The position numbers and the translations under genes were made by a program. This document shows positions 1 through 8,318 of a stretch of 28,608 nucleotides of DNA, piece after piece; position 1 is the stretch's first letter, and each line of letters starts with the position of its first letter. The notes under the pieces are model-generated. The model ran no database searches, had not been told where the DNA came from, and was given only the letters and a program-made list of their open reading frames with translations. The stretch is from sequence record DRR723986_5073; one strand, given 5' to 3'.

Positions 1-395
1 TTTGGGCTGAGACAGGCGAACATGCCGTAAACCGTGCCGTCTTCCAGATGGATCGGAATGGCGATGTGCGAGCCGATCGGCAGTGTGCGGGTGATCGGCA
101 GGGACGACGCCAGCTGGTTCTCGGACGTGTCCGGGATCATCTGCGGGAGCCGGCCGGCGATGATGAGGCCGCAATAGCCTTCATCCATGCTGCGGCTGGC
201 GCCGGCACGGATCAGGTGTTCATAGCCCGGCGCGTCGACATGGCGGTAGACAACGCGACCGTTCACGAATTGCGAAAGATACGCCACCGGCATGTCGAGG
301 TGCTCGCGGATCGCCCTCAGGGACGATTCAATGATTTGCGGCGAACTCTCCGACGGCCCCTTCAACATGGATGGGTCGAGTTGGAATGCGTTCAT
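1..395 (-). CDS. GAF-domain signalling protein, N-terminal part (runs off the window; homologous N-termini usually continue into an EAL c-di-GMP phosphodiesterase domain)
   Basis: Not in the ORF track. Hand translation from ATG 395 (GGGAGG RBS upstream) is open to the window edge: MNAFQLDPSMLKGPSESSPQIIESSLRAIREHLDMPVAYLSQFVNGRVVYRHVDAPG...GYCGLIIAGRLPQMIPDT...PIGSHIAIPIHLEDGTVYGMFACLSP. The P-I-x-L-x-D-G-x-V-Y-G end is typical of GAF domains. The EAL domain is inferred only. Confidence 0.8.
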   Translation of the reverse strand, partial: MNAFQLDPSMLKGPSESSPQIIESSLRAIREHLDMPVAYLSQFVNGRVVYRHVDAPGYEHLIRAGASRSMDEGYCGLIIAGRLPQMIPDTSENQLASSLPITRTLPIGSHIAIPIHLEDGTVYGMFACLSP

Positions 396-421
396 CAGTG
401 CCCTCCCGGCGAGCGCCTGGT

Positions 422-461
422 AAAAAGTAAATCCCCCTGCCGTCCTGGCAGCTACCGGGGA
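422..461 (-). terminator. Putative intrinsic terminator or attenuator hairpin
   Basis: Minus strand reads TCCCC-ggtag-CTGCC-aggac-GGCAG-GGGGA followed by TTTACTTTTT. Confidence 0.45.
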
Positions 462-565
462 AACATAATTAGCTTTTTTTAAGCAAGCGGTGCCGGAAAC
501 GGGGGAATTCGGAAAGTAGAGTTGCCGACTTGGAAACCATGTTGAGCTAAGACAGGCTCGGGCTA

Positions 566-1531
566 TCAGGTGACGCCGGCGTCTTTCCAGGCTTCCTTGG
601 GCCAGCGGCGATGTTGCCAGAACCATTGTCCGGGATGGGCTCGGACCTGCGCTTCCAGGAAATTGTTGATCCGCGTGACCGAGCGCAGAATGTCGGCGTC
701 TGAATCGCCGGTATCCTCTGGCACATAGGGCTCGTGGAACTTGATCCGGAAACGGGCAGGGCCGGTGCGGATGGTTGAAACAGGTACAATTGGCACCTGG
801 TATTTCAAGGCGAGGCGCGTCGGGCCCGGTGCGGTCATTGCCTCGCGGCCGAAGAAGGGGACGGCCACGCCTTCGTTGAACTTCTGGTCGTTCATGAGCG
901 CAATGGGAGAGCCCCTGGCGAGCGCGCGCATCAGTTCCCGTGTGCCGATGCCCTTGGGCGCGTTGATGGCTGTGCCGTAGTCGTTGCGCAGTTTTGAAAT
1001 GCGCCGGTCGATGTGTGGATTGTTGAGCGCCCGGTAGGTCATCACCGCATGCGGGATCCGCTTGGTGATTGCGGCCGGCATGATTTCCCAGTTTGCGAAG
1101 TGGCCGGAGATGAACACCGCACCTTTCCCGCTGTCGCGGATGCGGTCCAGGATATCGAGGCCGACGATTTCCACCCGCCCGGATGTGTACGGATCGATCT
1201 TTGGCAGGTGCGGCAGCTCGCCCGCTGTGCGTCCGGCAGATTCCCAGGCGGCGAGGGCGGTTTCCTCCACCTGCTTCTCCGTCCATTCGGGAAATGCCAT
1301 TTTCAGGTTCCGCCGCATCGTCTTGTGCTGAGACAGTCGCGGGCCGATCTGGCGCAGCAGCCAGCCGCCAAAGTTGGACGCGCGTTCTGGCCCCATCGCC
1401 TTGACCGGGGCCCAGTAGATCCAGTCCCAGGCAATCGTTTCCAGCCGCCACTGGACCCGCTGCCAGAAACTGGCGCGGTTATCGATGTCCTTCGGGCGGA
1501 CATATCCGGATTTCTGCTGCGGATCGCTCAT
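566..1531 (-). CDS. lpxL: Lipid A lauroyl/myristoyl acyltransferase (LpxL/HtrB family)
   Basis: HFANWE (HX4E) catalytic motif, MNDQK, C-terminal QWFWQHRRW; last gene of the waaA-lpxK operon. Confidence 0.9.
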   Translation of the reverse strand: MSDPQQKSGYVRPKDIDNRASFWQRVQWRLETIAWDWIYWAPVKAMGPERASNFGGWLLRQIGPRLSQHKTMRRNLKMAFPEWTEKQVEETALAAWESAGRTAGELPHLPKIDPYTSGRVEIVGLDILDRIRDSGKGAVFISGHFANWEIMPAAITKRIPHAVMTYRALNNPHIDRRISKLRNDYGTAINAPKGIGTRELMRALARGSPIALMNDQKFNEGVAVPFFGREAMTAPGPTRLALKYQVPIVPVSTIRTGPARFRIKFHEPYVPEDTGDSDADILRSVTRINNFLEAQVRAHPGQWFWQHRRWPKEAWKDAGVT

Positions 1532-2535
1532 GCTTTATCCGGCGTGAGAACTGGCTTGAGAATTGGGGCGAGGAGCGCGGCGAGCGCTGCCTCATCCTCA
1601 AAGCGGGCTTCGACGGGAAAGACAAGAATGCGCGCGCGTTCTTCCGCAGGCAAGCGCACATGGTCTTTCGACGTTGTAATCAGGCGTGCCCCACGCTGGG
1701 CGGCGAGGTCATGCAGGAATTTGAGATCGCTTGCGGTATAGGCGTGATGGTCGCCATAGGGCACGCTGTCCTGCAGGTCAGCGCCCGCGGCGGTGAGGCT
1801 GTCGAAGAATTTCACCGGGCGGCCAATGCCGGCAAACGCGACCAGCGGGCCTTCCGGCACATTACCTGCGGGGGCCAGTCCGGCCCGTACCACAGGCAAT
1901 CGGGACTTTTGCACCGCCGTCAGTTCCTTGCCCTCTCCCATCAGGATCACGCCATCGGCGCGGGCCAGGCCGTCGGCGACCGGTTCGCGCAGCGGCCCCT
2001 TGGGCAGGACGTGGCCATTGCCGAAGGGCGCGGCGGCGTCGATCACGATCAGGGACAGGTCTTTGGCGATGGACGGGTTCTGGTGCCCATCATCCATGAC
2101 GATCAGCTGGACGCCGTCATCTGCCATGGCGCGGGCCGCTTCAGCGCGGTTTTTCCCGATCCAGGCTTCGCCTGTGGCGGCGAGCATTAGCGGTTCATCG
2201 CCAACGTCGGGGGACGTGTGTTTGTGCTGATCCACTTTCATCGGGCCTTCGAGCTTGCCGCCATAGCCCCGCGAAAGGCTTGCCGCGCGCAGGCCGGCTT
2301 CGCTGGCCCTGCGGCGGATGGCTTCCACAACCGGGGTTTTGCCCACACCGCCAACCGTCAGGTTGCCGACGCAGACAATCCGTACCGGGATGGCTTCCGG
2401 TTTTGCGCGGGACAGCTTCCGGCGGATGCCGAAGGTGTAAAGCGCTGCGAGAGGCGTCAGCAGAAGCCGGGTCAGCGGCGCAGCTTCTCGGGATCTCGGA
2501 TCAAGGCCGGCCGACCAGAAGTACGGCGCCTTCAT
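1528..2535 (-). CDS. lpxK: Tetraacyldisaccharide 4'-kinase
   Basis: VGNLTVGGVGKTP P-loop, SRGYGG, GDEP, DDGHQN, LPKGPLREP, FAGIGRP, DHH. Confidence 0.97.
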   Translation of the reverse strand: MKAPYFWSAGLDPRSREAAPLTRLLLTPLAALYTFGIRRKLSRAKPEAIPVRIVCVGNLTVGGVGKTPVVEAIRRRASEAGLRAASLSRGYGGKLEGPMKVDQHKHTSPDVGDEPLMLAATGEAWIGKNRAEAARAMADDGVQLIVMDDGHQNPSIAKDLSLIVIDAAAPFGNGHVLPKGPLREPVADGLARADGVILMGEGKELTAVQKSRLPVVRAGLAPAGNVPEGPLVAFAGIGRPVKFFDSLTAAGADLQDSVPYGDHHAYTASDLKFLHDLAAQRGARLITTSKDHVRLPAEERARILVFPVEARFEDEAALAALLAPILKPVLTPDKA

Positions 2536-3794
2536 TCCAACAGTCCTTTTTCCGGGAGCAGCGGACGAATGGCCTCCAGCGTTGCCTGCATGGGCGCGTC
2601 GGCCTCATATTCCAAAAGGTCGAGCGAGGAACTGGATGGCGGTGCCATGGTCACCAATGCGCGGCCGATGGCCTTGGGAGTCTTGAGCAGGCGGATCAGA
2701 CCGCGCTCCGACAGGTCTTCCATCATGTTGGCGAAGTTGAACACTTCCGGACTTGAGACCACCGGCTTGCCGAGCCTGATTGGTTCCAGCGGATTATGTC
2801 CGCCGACATCCGGCGTGTGCCCACCGCCGAGATAGACGGCATCGGCAAGCCGGAACCAGATACCCATCTCGCCCATCGTGTCGGCCAGCAGGACTCTTGT
2901 ATTTATATTCGGTGCCTCCCCGCGCGAACGGCGGGCGAAGGGAATATTCCGGGCACGCAGGAGGTCTTCGATCAGCGGGCCGCGCTCCGGATGGCGCGGG
3001 GCAATAATAAGGGCTGCGTCCGGCGCAGCCTTTATCGCGTCCAGGAACAGGGCTTCTTCGCCGTCATGCGTGGAGGCGGCGAGATAGCATTTGCGCAGGC
3101 CCTTGAAGGACTCCTGCATCCGGCGCAGCTCGACATCATTGGCGGATGGCGGCGGCAGGGCAGATTTCAGGTTGCCGGCACAGACGACAGGCTTCCCCAT
3201 CAGGTTGGCAAGCCGCCGGGCCGTATCCTCGTCCGCCGCCAGCACGGCGTCGAACCGGCCGACAAGAGCGCGGAAGGTCTGGTGGAAGCGTTGCCAGCCC
3301 TGCGCGGATTTCTCGGTCATCCGCGCGTTGACCAGAGCGCGTTTTGCTCCGGCCTTTTCGGCTTCGAGGATCAGGTTCGGCCAGATCTCGCCTTCGCCGA
3401 AGATGCAGAGGCTGGGCTTCCAATGCCGGATGAAACGCCGGGCAGCGGCCGGCGTATCGATTGGGGCCATGGTGTAGACGGCATTGTCCGGCAGCATCGG
3501 TCCCATCAGCTTCGCCGATGTCTGCGTCTGGCTGGTGAACAGCAGCATCAGGTCAGGCCGCTCGTCCAGCAGGCGGTTTCCGAGTTCCAGCAGGAGGCGG
3601 CTCTCGCCGACGCTTGCCCCGTGCAGCCACACCAGCACGCCATTGTTGCGCAGCACGGGCAGGTGCCGGGCCATCCGCTCATTCCGGCGTGAGAAGTCTT
3701 CCTTTCCTTGTTTGACCCGCGCACTCAGCACGAAGCCCAGGAAAGGCGACAGCGCGCTGGTCAGAACGCGATACACGTGCAGCGCGAATGTCAT
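2532..3794 (-). CDS. waaA: 3-deoxy-D-manno-octulosonic acid (Kdo) transferase
   Basis: WLHGASVGE, EIWPNL, GNLK, ASTHDGEE, APRHPER, DTMGEM, GGHNPLEP. Confidence 0.97.
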   Translation of the reverse strand: MTFALHVYRVLTSALSPFLGFVLSARVKQGKEDFSRRNERMARHLPVLRNNGVLVWLHGASVGESRLLLELGNRLLDERPDLMLLFTSQTQTSAKLMGPMLPDNAVYTMAPIDTPAAARRFIRHWKPSLCIFGEGEIWPNLILEAEKAGAKRALVNARMTEKSAQGWQRFHQTFRALVGRFDAVLAADEDTARRLANLMGKPVVCAGNLKSALPPPSANDVELRRMQESFKGLRKCYLAASTHDGEEALFLDAIKAAPDAALIIAPRHPERGPLIEDLLRARNIPFARRSRGEAPNINTRVLLADTMGEMGIWFRLADAVYLGGGHTPDVGGHNPLEPIRLGKPVVSSPEVFNFANMMEDLSERGLIRLLKTPKAIGRALVTMAPPSSSSLDLLEYEADAPMQATLEAIRPLLPEKGLLE

Positions 3795-4525
3795 CTGGAA
3801 GCGGGATCCGTTTCTGTTTCCGATATGCGGCCGCAGAGCATATCAGCCCGGCGGGTCACTTCATCAAGTCGAACCTGCAATTCGGCGCGCAGTGTTTCAG
3901 GGTCTGCAGAGCGGGGCGCTTCGACCGGCGCGCCCAGAATGATGGCGCCGCGGGTGAAAGGGAAGGGAATGATGAACCTGTCCCAGGTGTCCAGGCGCCA
4001 GCACGGCTTCACGGACAGTGCGTAAGGCACGATTGGCGCCCCGGCCCGCTGCGCGATCATGATCGCACCGGGGCTGACGCGTTCGGCGGGGCCACGGGGC
4101 CCGTCCGGCGTAATACATACGGCGCTGCCGCTTTTCAGCAGGCGGGCGGCCTCTGCGATGGCCCGGGCACCGCCTTTGTCTTTGCGCTTTTTCTTGTTCG
4201 CCGCTGATCCGCGGATCGCGTGAAGGTCGAGATGATCGATCGCCCGGGCCACAGCTTCACCATCCGGCGATAACGAGATCAGCATCGCTGCGCGGTTCAC
4301 CCGGTCTTTCCAGTTGCGAATGAAGCGGATCCAGGCTGACGGCAGGATCATGATCCGGGAGTGCCAGGACGCAACCACGACGCCATCATTGTCCCGCCAT
4401 GCCTGGCGGGCAGCGGGGTCCACTTCGACGGTCCAGCGGACTGTATGGGCCACCAGCGCCATCCACGCCCAGATCAGGCGGCCCAGGATGGCGGCGATGA
4501 TGGAAGAGCGAAGCAGCGATTTCAT
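3791..4525 (-). CDS. DUF374 lysophospholipid-acyltransferase-like protein (start re-called to MKSLLRSS, 244 aa)
   Basis: WHSR, ISLSPDGE, IRGS, ITPDGPRGP, TWDRFIIPFPF are DUF374 hallmarks. The longer ORF start (4669) lies inside the tRNA. Confidence 0.88.
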   Translation of the reverse strand: MKSLLRSSIIAAILGRLIWAWMALVAHTVRWTVEVDPAARQAWRDNDGVVVASWHSRIMILPSAWIRFIRNWKDRVNRAAMLISLSPDGEAVARAIDHLDLHAIRGSAANKKKRKDKGGARAIAEAARLLKSGSAVCITPDGPRGPAERVSPGAIMIAQRAGAPIVPYALSVKPCWRLDTWDRFIIPFPFTRGAIILGAPVEAPRSADPETLRAELQVRLDEVTRRADMLCGRISETETDPASR

Positions 4526-4608
4526 CGCGCGGCTTATAGCGCGCTTTGCGGAAGGGACCACGCATTGAGTCAGGTGGCCTTGCTCGACGGAGACGGGAGG
4601 AACGGAAA

Positions 4609-4683
4609 TGGTGGGCGATACAAGGTTCGAACTTGTGACCCCTGCCGTGTGAAGGCAGTGCTCTACCACTGAGCTAATCGCCC
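4609..4683 (-). tRNA. tRNA-Val (anticodon CAC), 75 nt, CCA encoded
   Basis: GGGCGATTAGCTCAGTGGTAGAGCACTGCCTTCACACGGCAGGGGTCACAAGTTCGAACCTTGTATCGCCCACCA: acceptor stem GGGCGAT/ATCGCCC, anticodon stem CTGCC/GGCAG, T-loop TTCGAAC. Confidence 0.98.
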
Positions 4684-4699
4684 GTTCCGGACGAGAGCG

Positions 4700-4728
4700 G
4701 GGTTAATCTGACTGAGTCGCGAGGTCAA
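4700..4728 (-). promoter_or_regulatory. Putative sigma70 promoter of tRNA-Val
   Basis: TTGACC (4728-4723) followed about 15-17 nt later by GATTAACC, shortly upstream of the tRNA 5' end. Confidence 0.4.
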
Positions 4729-4814
4729 GCGGGGAAAGCTGAAGCGTGTGCATCGGCCTTCTGTCCCCCGATCAGGCTACATTCTCCCGCCAGTTGTGTG
4801 ACATCCGAGTCATA

Positions 4815-4844
4815 GCTGCTATGCATTGATATGCTGCAATGCAT
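4815..4844. promoter_or_regulatory. Tandem GCTGCWATGCAT repeats (TGC-N3-GCA cores), also forming an ATGCATTG-N8-CAATGCAT inverted repeat
   Basis: gctgctatgcat at 4815-4826 and gctgcaatgcat at 4833-4844 (18-nt period). Confidence 0.5.
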
Positions 4845-4979
4845 GGTTTGGGAGCAGGATTTTCAGTGGGGGATTGCGGCGAAACTAAGGCTGTCACCTA
4901 TCTGCGGGACAGGCGTGGTATAAGGGATTTACGCTTTTCTACAGGAACACCGTAAACATTGCCGTCACAATTCCGAAAT

Positions 4980-5029
4980 ATGAACATATGTTCATTCTGA
5001 ACATTTGTTCATCTTAGAACATTACGTTG
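4980..5029. promoter_or_regulatory. Tandem palindromic operator array TGAACA-N2-TGTTCA (two full copies plus one degenerate copy)
   Basis: Perfect 16-bp palindrome ATGAACATATGTTCAT at 4980-4995; TGAACATTTGTTCA at 4998-5011; AGAACATTACGTTG at 5016-5029; AT-rich context. Confidence 0.65.
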
Positions 5030-5185
5030 GTTTCATTTGAAATAGGTCTTGAGATTGAACGCCAACATTGTCATTTTGCAGTCATACGAGACGGGCCGCG
5101 AACGGCTCGCAGAAATGTAGACCCTAAGAAGGACAGGCAGGGGCCCTTCGGCCCTGGAAAACAAAAACGCCTGGAGAGAGAGAAA

Positions 5186-5428
5186 ATGAAAGACTGGTGT
5201 GACGAAGAAGGCGCAAAGCGCCTGCGTGAGAAAATTGCTGCCTATTGGGCCGAGCGTGGCTACGAAGTGGATGTCGACCTTATCGACGCCGGCTTTGTGC
5301 CTGCCATGCGCAGCGCCCGTACAGATGTGCGCAGCAACATGGTGAACGGCATGCCCCGCCGCCGGATCAATCCGGATGCGTCGGCCGCACGTCCGAGCTA
5401 TCGCCCGCGCGCAGAAGCCACTGCCTAA
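5186..5428 (+). CDS. Small hypothetical protein, 80 aa (MKDWCDEEGAKRLREKIAAYWAERGYEV...RSNMVNGMPRRR...)
   Basis: GGAGAGAG RBS before ATG 5186; GC3-rich codon usage begins at this ATG; protein-like composition. The upstream extension of the ORF is AT-rich and does not look coding. Confidence 0.8.
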   Translation: MKDWCDEEGAKRLREKIAAYWAERGYEVDVDLIDAGFVPAMRSARTDVRSNMVNGMPRRRINPDASAARPSYRPRAEATA

Positions 5429-6105
5429 CTGATCAGGCGCGAGAGCGCCGCCGGCAGTTGGGAATAGTGAGAGACGACAGCGTCCGCGCCAATCGCCTCC
5501 ACTGTTTCGGCTTCATAGCCAAATGGCACAAATACGAAGGGCAGTCCGGCATTCCGGGCTGCCCTTTCGTCTGTGCGGCTGTCACCCACCATGATTGCAC
5601 GGTCAGGATTCCCGCCCGCTGCCTGAACGGTCCGCACGATGTGGTCACCGTCCGGCTTTTTCGATGGAACGCTGTCGGCGCCGATGATGGCGGCGAAGCG
5701 GGAGGTCAGGCCCAGCGCGTCGAGCAATTTGTCGGAAAGATCCTGCTTCTTGTTGGTGCAGACCGAAAGGATCGCGCCATCGGCGGCGAGACCGTCCAGA
5801 ATTTCCGGCGCCTGGTCAAACGGGCGGGAGCCGATCGCGATGTGGTCTGCATAGTACACAAGGAAGCGCGCGAAGAGGCCTTCGAGTTCGGCGTCGGAGG
5901 GCGTCAGGCCCTGATGTGCCATGCCCTTCTGGATCATCGCCTTGGCGCCATGGCCGATCATGCCAGCCACGGTTTGAAGGTCCACGGTTTCCAGTCCGGC
6001 GTGGTCCAGAACGTGATTGAGCGCGTTCAGCAGATCCGGCGCCGTATCCACGAGCGTGCCGTCGAGATCGAACACTAAGGTCCAGCCATCCAGCCATCCT
6101 GTCAT
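5425..6105 (-). CDS. gph: Phosphoglycolate phosphatase (HAD family), start MTGWLDGW, 226 aa
   Basis: FDLDGTLVDT motif I, CTNK, KKPD, MVGDSRTD, FGY; GGAG RBS upstream of 6105. Confidence 0.88.
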   Translation of the reverse strand: MTGWLDGWTLVFDLDGTLVDTAPDLLNALNHVLDHAGLETVDLQTVAGMIGHGAKAMIQKGMAHQGLTPSDAELEGLFARFLVYYADHIAIGSRPFDQAPEILDGLAADGAILSVCTNKKQDLSDKLLDALGLTSRFAAIIGADSVPSKKPDGDHIVRTVQAAGGNPDRAIMVGDSRTDERAARNAGLPFVFVPFGYEAETVEAIGADAVVSHYSQLPAALSRLIS

Positions 6106-6190
6106 GCTTGCTCCAATTCCCGCTCGCCCCTCGCCTTGAATCGGCCTTTGATCTAGGCGAATGGGCAGAAGAAAGCGAGAGGGCCCTGTC

Positions 6191-7561
6191 ATGAGCCAGA
6201 CTGCCAGACCCCGCGCCGCGGTGATCCTTGCTGCCGGCAAGGGCACGCGGATGAAGTCGAGCCTGCCCAAGGTGATGCACCCGGTGGGCGGCCGCCCCAT
6301 GGTGGACTGGTCTGTGGACCTGGCCCGCAAGGCCGGCTGTTCGGAAATCGTGGTCGTTGCCCATCCTTCGCAGGGCCTGCTGATCGAGCATGTCGCCAGT
6401 CTTCCCGGAAATATCCCGGTCGCCTTTCAGGACCCGCCGATGGGCACGGGCCATGCTGTGCGATGCGCAGCCGATGCGCTTGGCGGATTTAAAGGTGACC
6501 TTGTCGTGCTTTACGGCGACTCCCCGCTGGTTCCGGCGGACGCCATCGAAGAGCTGTTCCGGTCGCTGGAAGAAGGCGCCACGGTTGGGGTGCTCGGCTT
6601 CGACACGCGTGAGCCCGGTCTCTATGGCCGCCTGATCACGTCCGGCCACGGTGAGCTGGAAGCGATCATCGAGGCGCGTGAAGCGACGCCGGAACAGCTT
6701 CTGGTCACACTCTGCAATTCCGGGGTCATGGCGGCGGGCGCCGAGGACATGTTCCGACTTCTGGAAAAAGTGACGAACGACAATGCCAAGGGCGAATACT
6801 ATCTGACCGATCTCGTCGGTCTGGCCCGGGCAGAAGGCAAGCGATGCCAGGCGGTCCGCTGTAATGAAGAGGATCTCATCGGCTGTGACTCCAAGGCGGA
6901 CCTCGCCGAAGCCGAAGCCATCTTCCAGGCACGCCGCCGCAAGCAGGCGCTCGAAGGAGGTGTAACTCTGATTGCGCCGGCAACCGTGTTCTTTTCCTAT
7001 GACACGAAGGTAGAGCCGGACGTGGTGATCGAGCCGAACGTTGTGTTTGGCCCGGGGGTCACGGTCCGGTCCGGTGCGCAGATCCGGGCGTTTAGCCATC
7101 TTGAAGGCGCGGATGTCGGCCAGTTCGCATCGGTCGGTCCGTTTGCGCGGCTTCGCCCGGGTGCGGTGCTGGAACAGGCAGCTTTTGTGGGCAATTTCGT
7201 CGAGGTGAAGAATGTGCGCATGGCCGAAGGCGCCAAGGCGAGTCATCTGTCTTATCTGGGCGATGGCGAAGTCGGCGCCGGCGCAAACATCGGCGCGGGT
7301 ACGATCTTCTGTAACTACGATGGCTTCTTCAAATACCGCACGACCATCGGCGATGGCGCTTTCATCGGTTCGAACTCTGCGCTCGTGGCGCCTGTCAGCA
7401 TTGGCGACGGCGCCTACGTTGGCAGCGGCAGCGTGGTGACCAAGGATGTCGAAGCCGGAGCGCTGGCCGTCGCGCGTGGCAAGCAGGTGGAACGCAAGGG
7501 CTGGGCAACGGCGTTCCGGGAAAAGATGATGGCGAGGAAAGCCGAAAAGAAAAAGGGCTGA
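6191..7561 (+). CDS. glmU: Bifunctional UDP-GlcNAc pyrophosphorylase / glucosamine-1-phosphate acetyltransferase
   Basis: LAAGKGTRMKS, GTGHAV, YGDSP, EYYLTD, GPFARLRPG, GNFVEVK, HLSYLGD, CNYDG; GAGAGG RBS before ATG 6191. Confidence 0.98.
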   Translation: MSQTARPRAAVILAAGKGTRMKSSLPKVMHPVGGRPMVDWSVDLARKAGCSEIVVVAHPSQGLLIEHVASLPGNIPVAFQDPPMGTGHAVRCAADALGGFKGDLVVLYGDSPLVPADAIEELFRSLEEGATVGVLGFDTREPGLYGRLITSGHGELEAIIEAREATPEQLLVTLCNSGVMAAGAEDMFRLLEKVTNDNAKGEYYLTDLVGLARAEGKRCQAVRCNEEDLIGCDSKADLAEAEAIFQARRRKQALEGGVTLIAPATVFFSYDTKVEPDVVIEPNVVFGPGVTVRSGAQIRAFSHLEGADVGQFASVGPFARLRPGAVLEQAAFVGNFVEVKNVRMAEGAKASHLSYLGDGEVGAGANIGAGTIFCNYDGFFKYRTTIGDGAFIGSNSALVAPVSIGDGAYVGSGSVVTKDVEAGALAVARGKQVERKGWATAFREKMMARKAEKKKG

Positions 7562-7563
7562 GG

Positions 7564-8262
7564 ATGGCAAACGAGCTGGAAAAGCAGAACGCGGCCGCCG
7601 CGGCGATGGAGTTCGTCGAAGACGGCATGACCATCGGTCTCGGCACTGGCTCGACTGCGAAATACTTCGTCGAAATGCTGGCGGAAGAGATTGCCGACGG
7701 CCTCGTCGTCCGGTGCATCGAGACCAGCGAGCAGACGCGCCGCCAGGCGGAGAGCCTGGGCATCCCCCTCATCCCGTCCGAGCAGATCGAGCGTATCCAC
7801 CTGACCGTCGACGGGGCCGACGAAGTGGACGAGCATGGGTTCCTGATCAAGGGCGGCGGTGCGGCTCTCTTGCGCGAGAAGATTATCGCCAATGCAAGCG
7901 ATCACATGGTTGTGATTGCCGACCCGTCGAAACAGGTCGAACGCCTTGGAAAATTCCCTCTGCCTGTGGAGGTGACGCCGTTCGGCTACACGATCACCGC
8001 CAAGAAGGTTTATGATGCGCTCTGCTCCAGCGGGATCGACCGTCCGCGCGTGGAATTACGGGCCCAACCGGGCGGCCGGCTGGTCGTGACGGATGGCGGA
8101 AACTACATCCTGGATTGCCATTGCCAGCGGATTCCGGATGCAGAATCCCTGGCCGCGCGCCTCTCCGGCGTGCCAGGTGTCGTCGAACACGGATTGTTTA
8201 TCGGTATCGCCCGGACGGTGATTATCGGCAATGAAGCCGGGGCGACGGTGTTTGAATTCTGA
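7564..8262 (+). CDS. rpiA: Ribose-5-phosphate isomerase A
   Basis: GLGTGST, DGADEVD, LIKGGGAALLREK, PVEV, TDGGNYILD, GVVEHGLF. Confidence 0.98.
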   Translation: MANELEKQNAAAAAMEFVEDGMTIGLGTGSTAKYFVEMLAEEIADGLVVRCIETSEQTRRQAESLGIPLIPSEQIERIHLTVDGADEVDEHGFLIKGGGAALLREKIIANASDHMVVIADPSKQVERLGKFPLPVEVTPFGYTITAKKVYDALCSSGIDRPRVELRAQPGGRLVVTDGGNYILDCHCQRIPDAESLAARLSGVPGVVEHGLFIGIARTVIIGNEAGATVFEF

Positions 8263-8318
8263 TACGGCGCGCCCATATGCGCCCCCAGACACGCACAAGA
8301 TTTCCAAGGACATGACCC

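Noticed and set aside
48-482. 144-aa plus-strand ORF
   Set aside because: Antisense to the GAF-domain gene, which has an RBS and family motifs
4526-4669. N-terminal extension of the DUF374 ORF
   Set aside because: Overlaps the tRNA; family similarity begins at MKSLL (4525)
4526-4683. tRNA-Val as an integration site for an island or prophage
   Set aside because: No integrase and no duplicated tRNA 3' end seen; core LPS genes follow directly
4980-5029. CRISPR array or canonical alphaproteobacterial SOS box
   Set aside because: Repeats are 14-16 nt with only 2-4 nt between them and there are no cas genes; GTTC/GAAC spacing is N13-14, not N7
4900-5080. AT-rich stretch as a replication origin
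   Set aside because: No DnaA boxes or TTAA-N7-TTAA CtrA sites found by eye, and no origin-linked genes nearby
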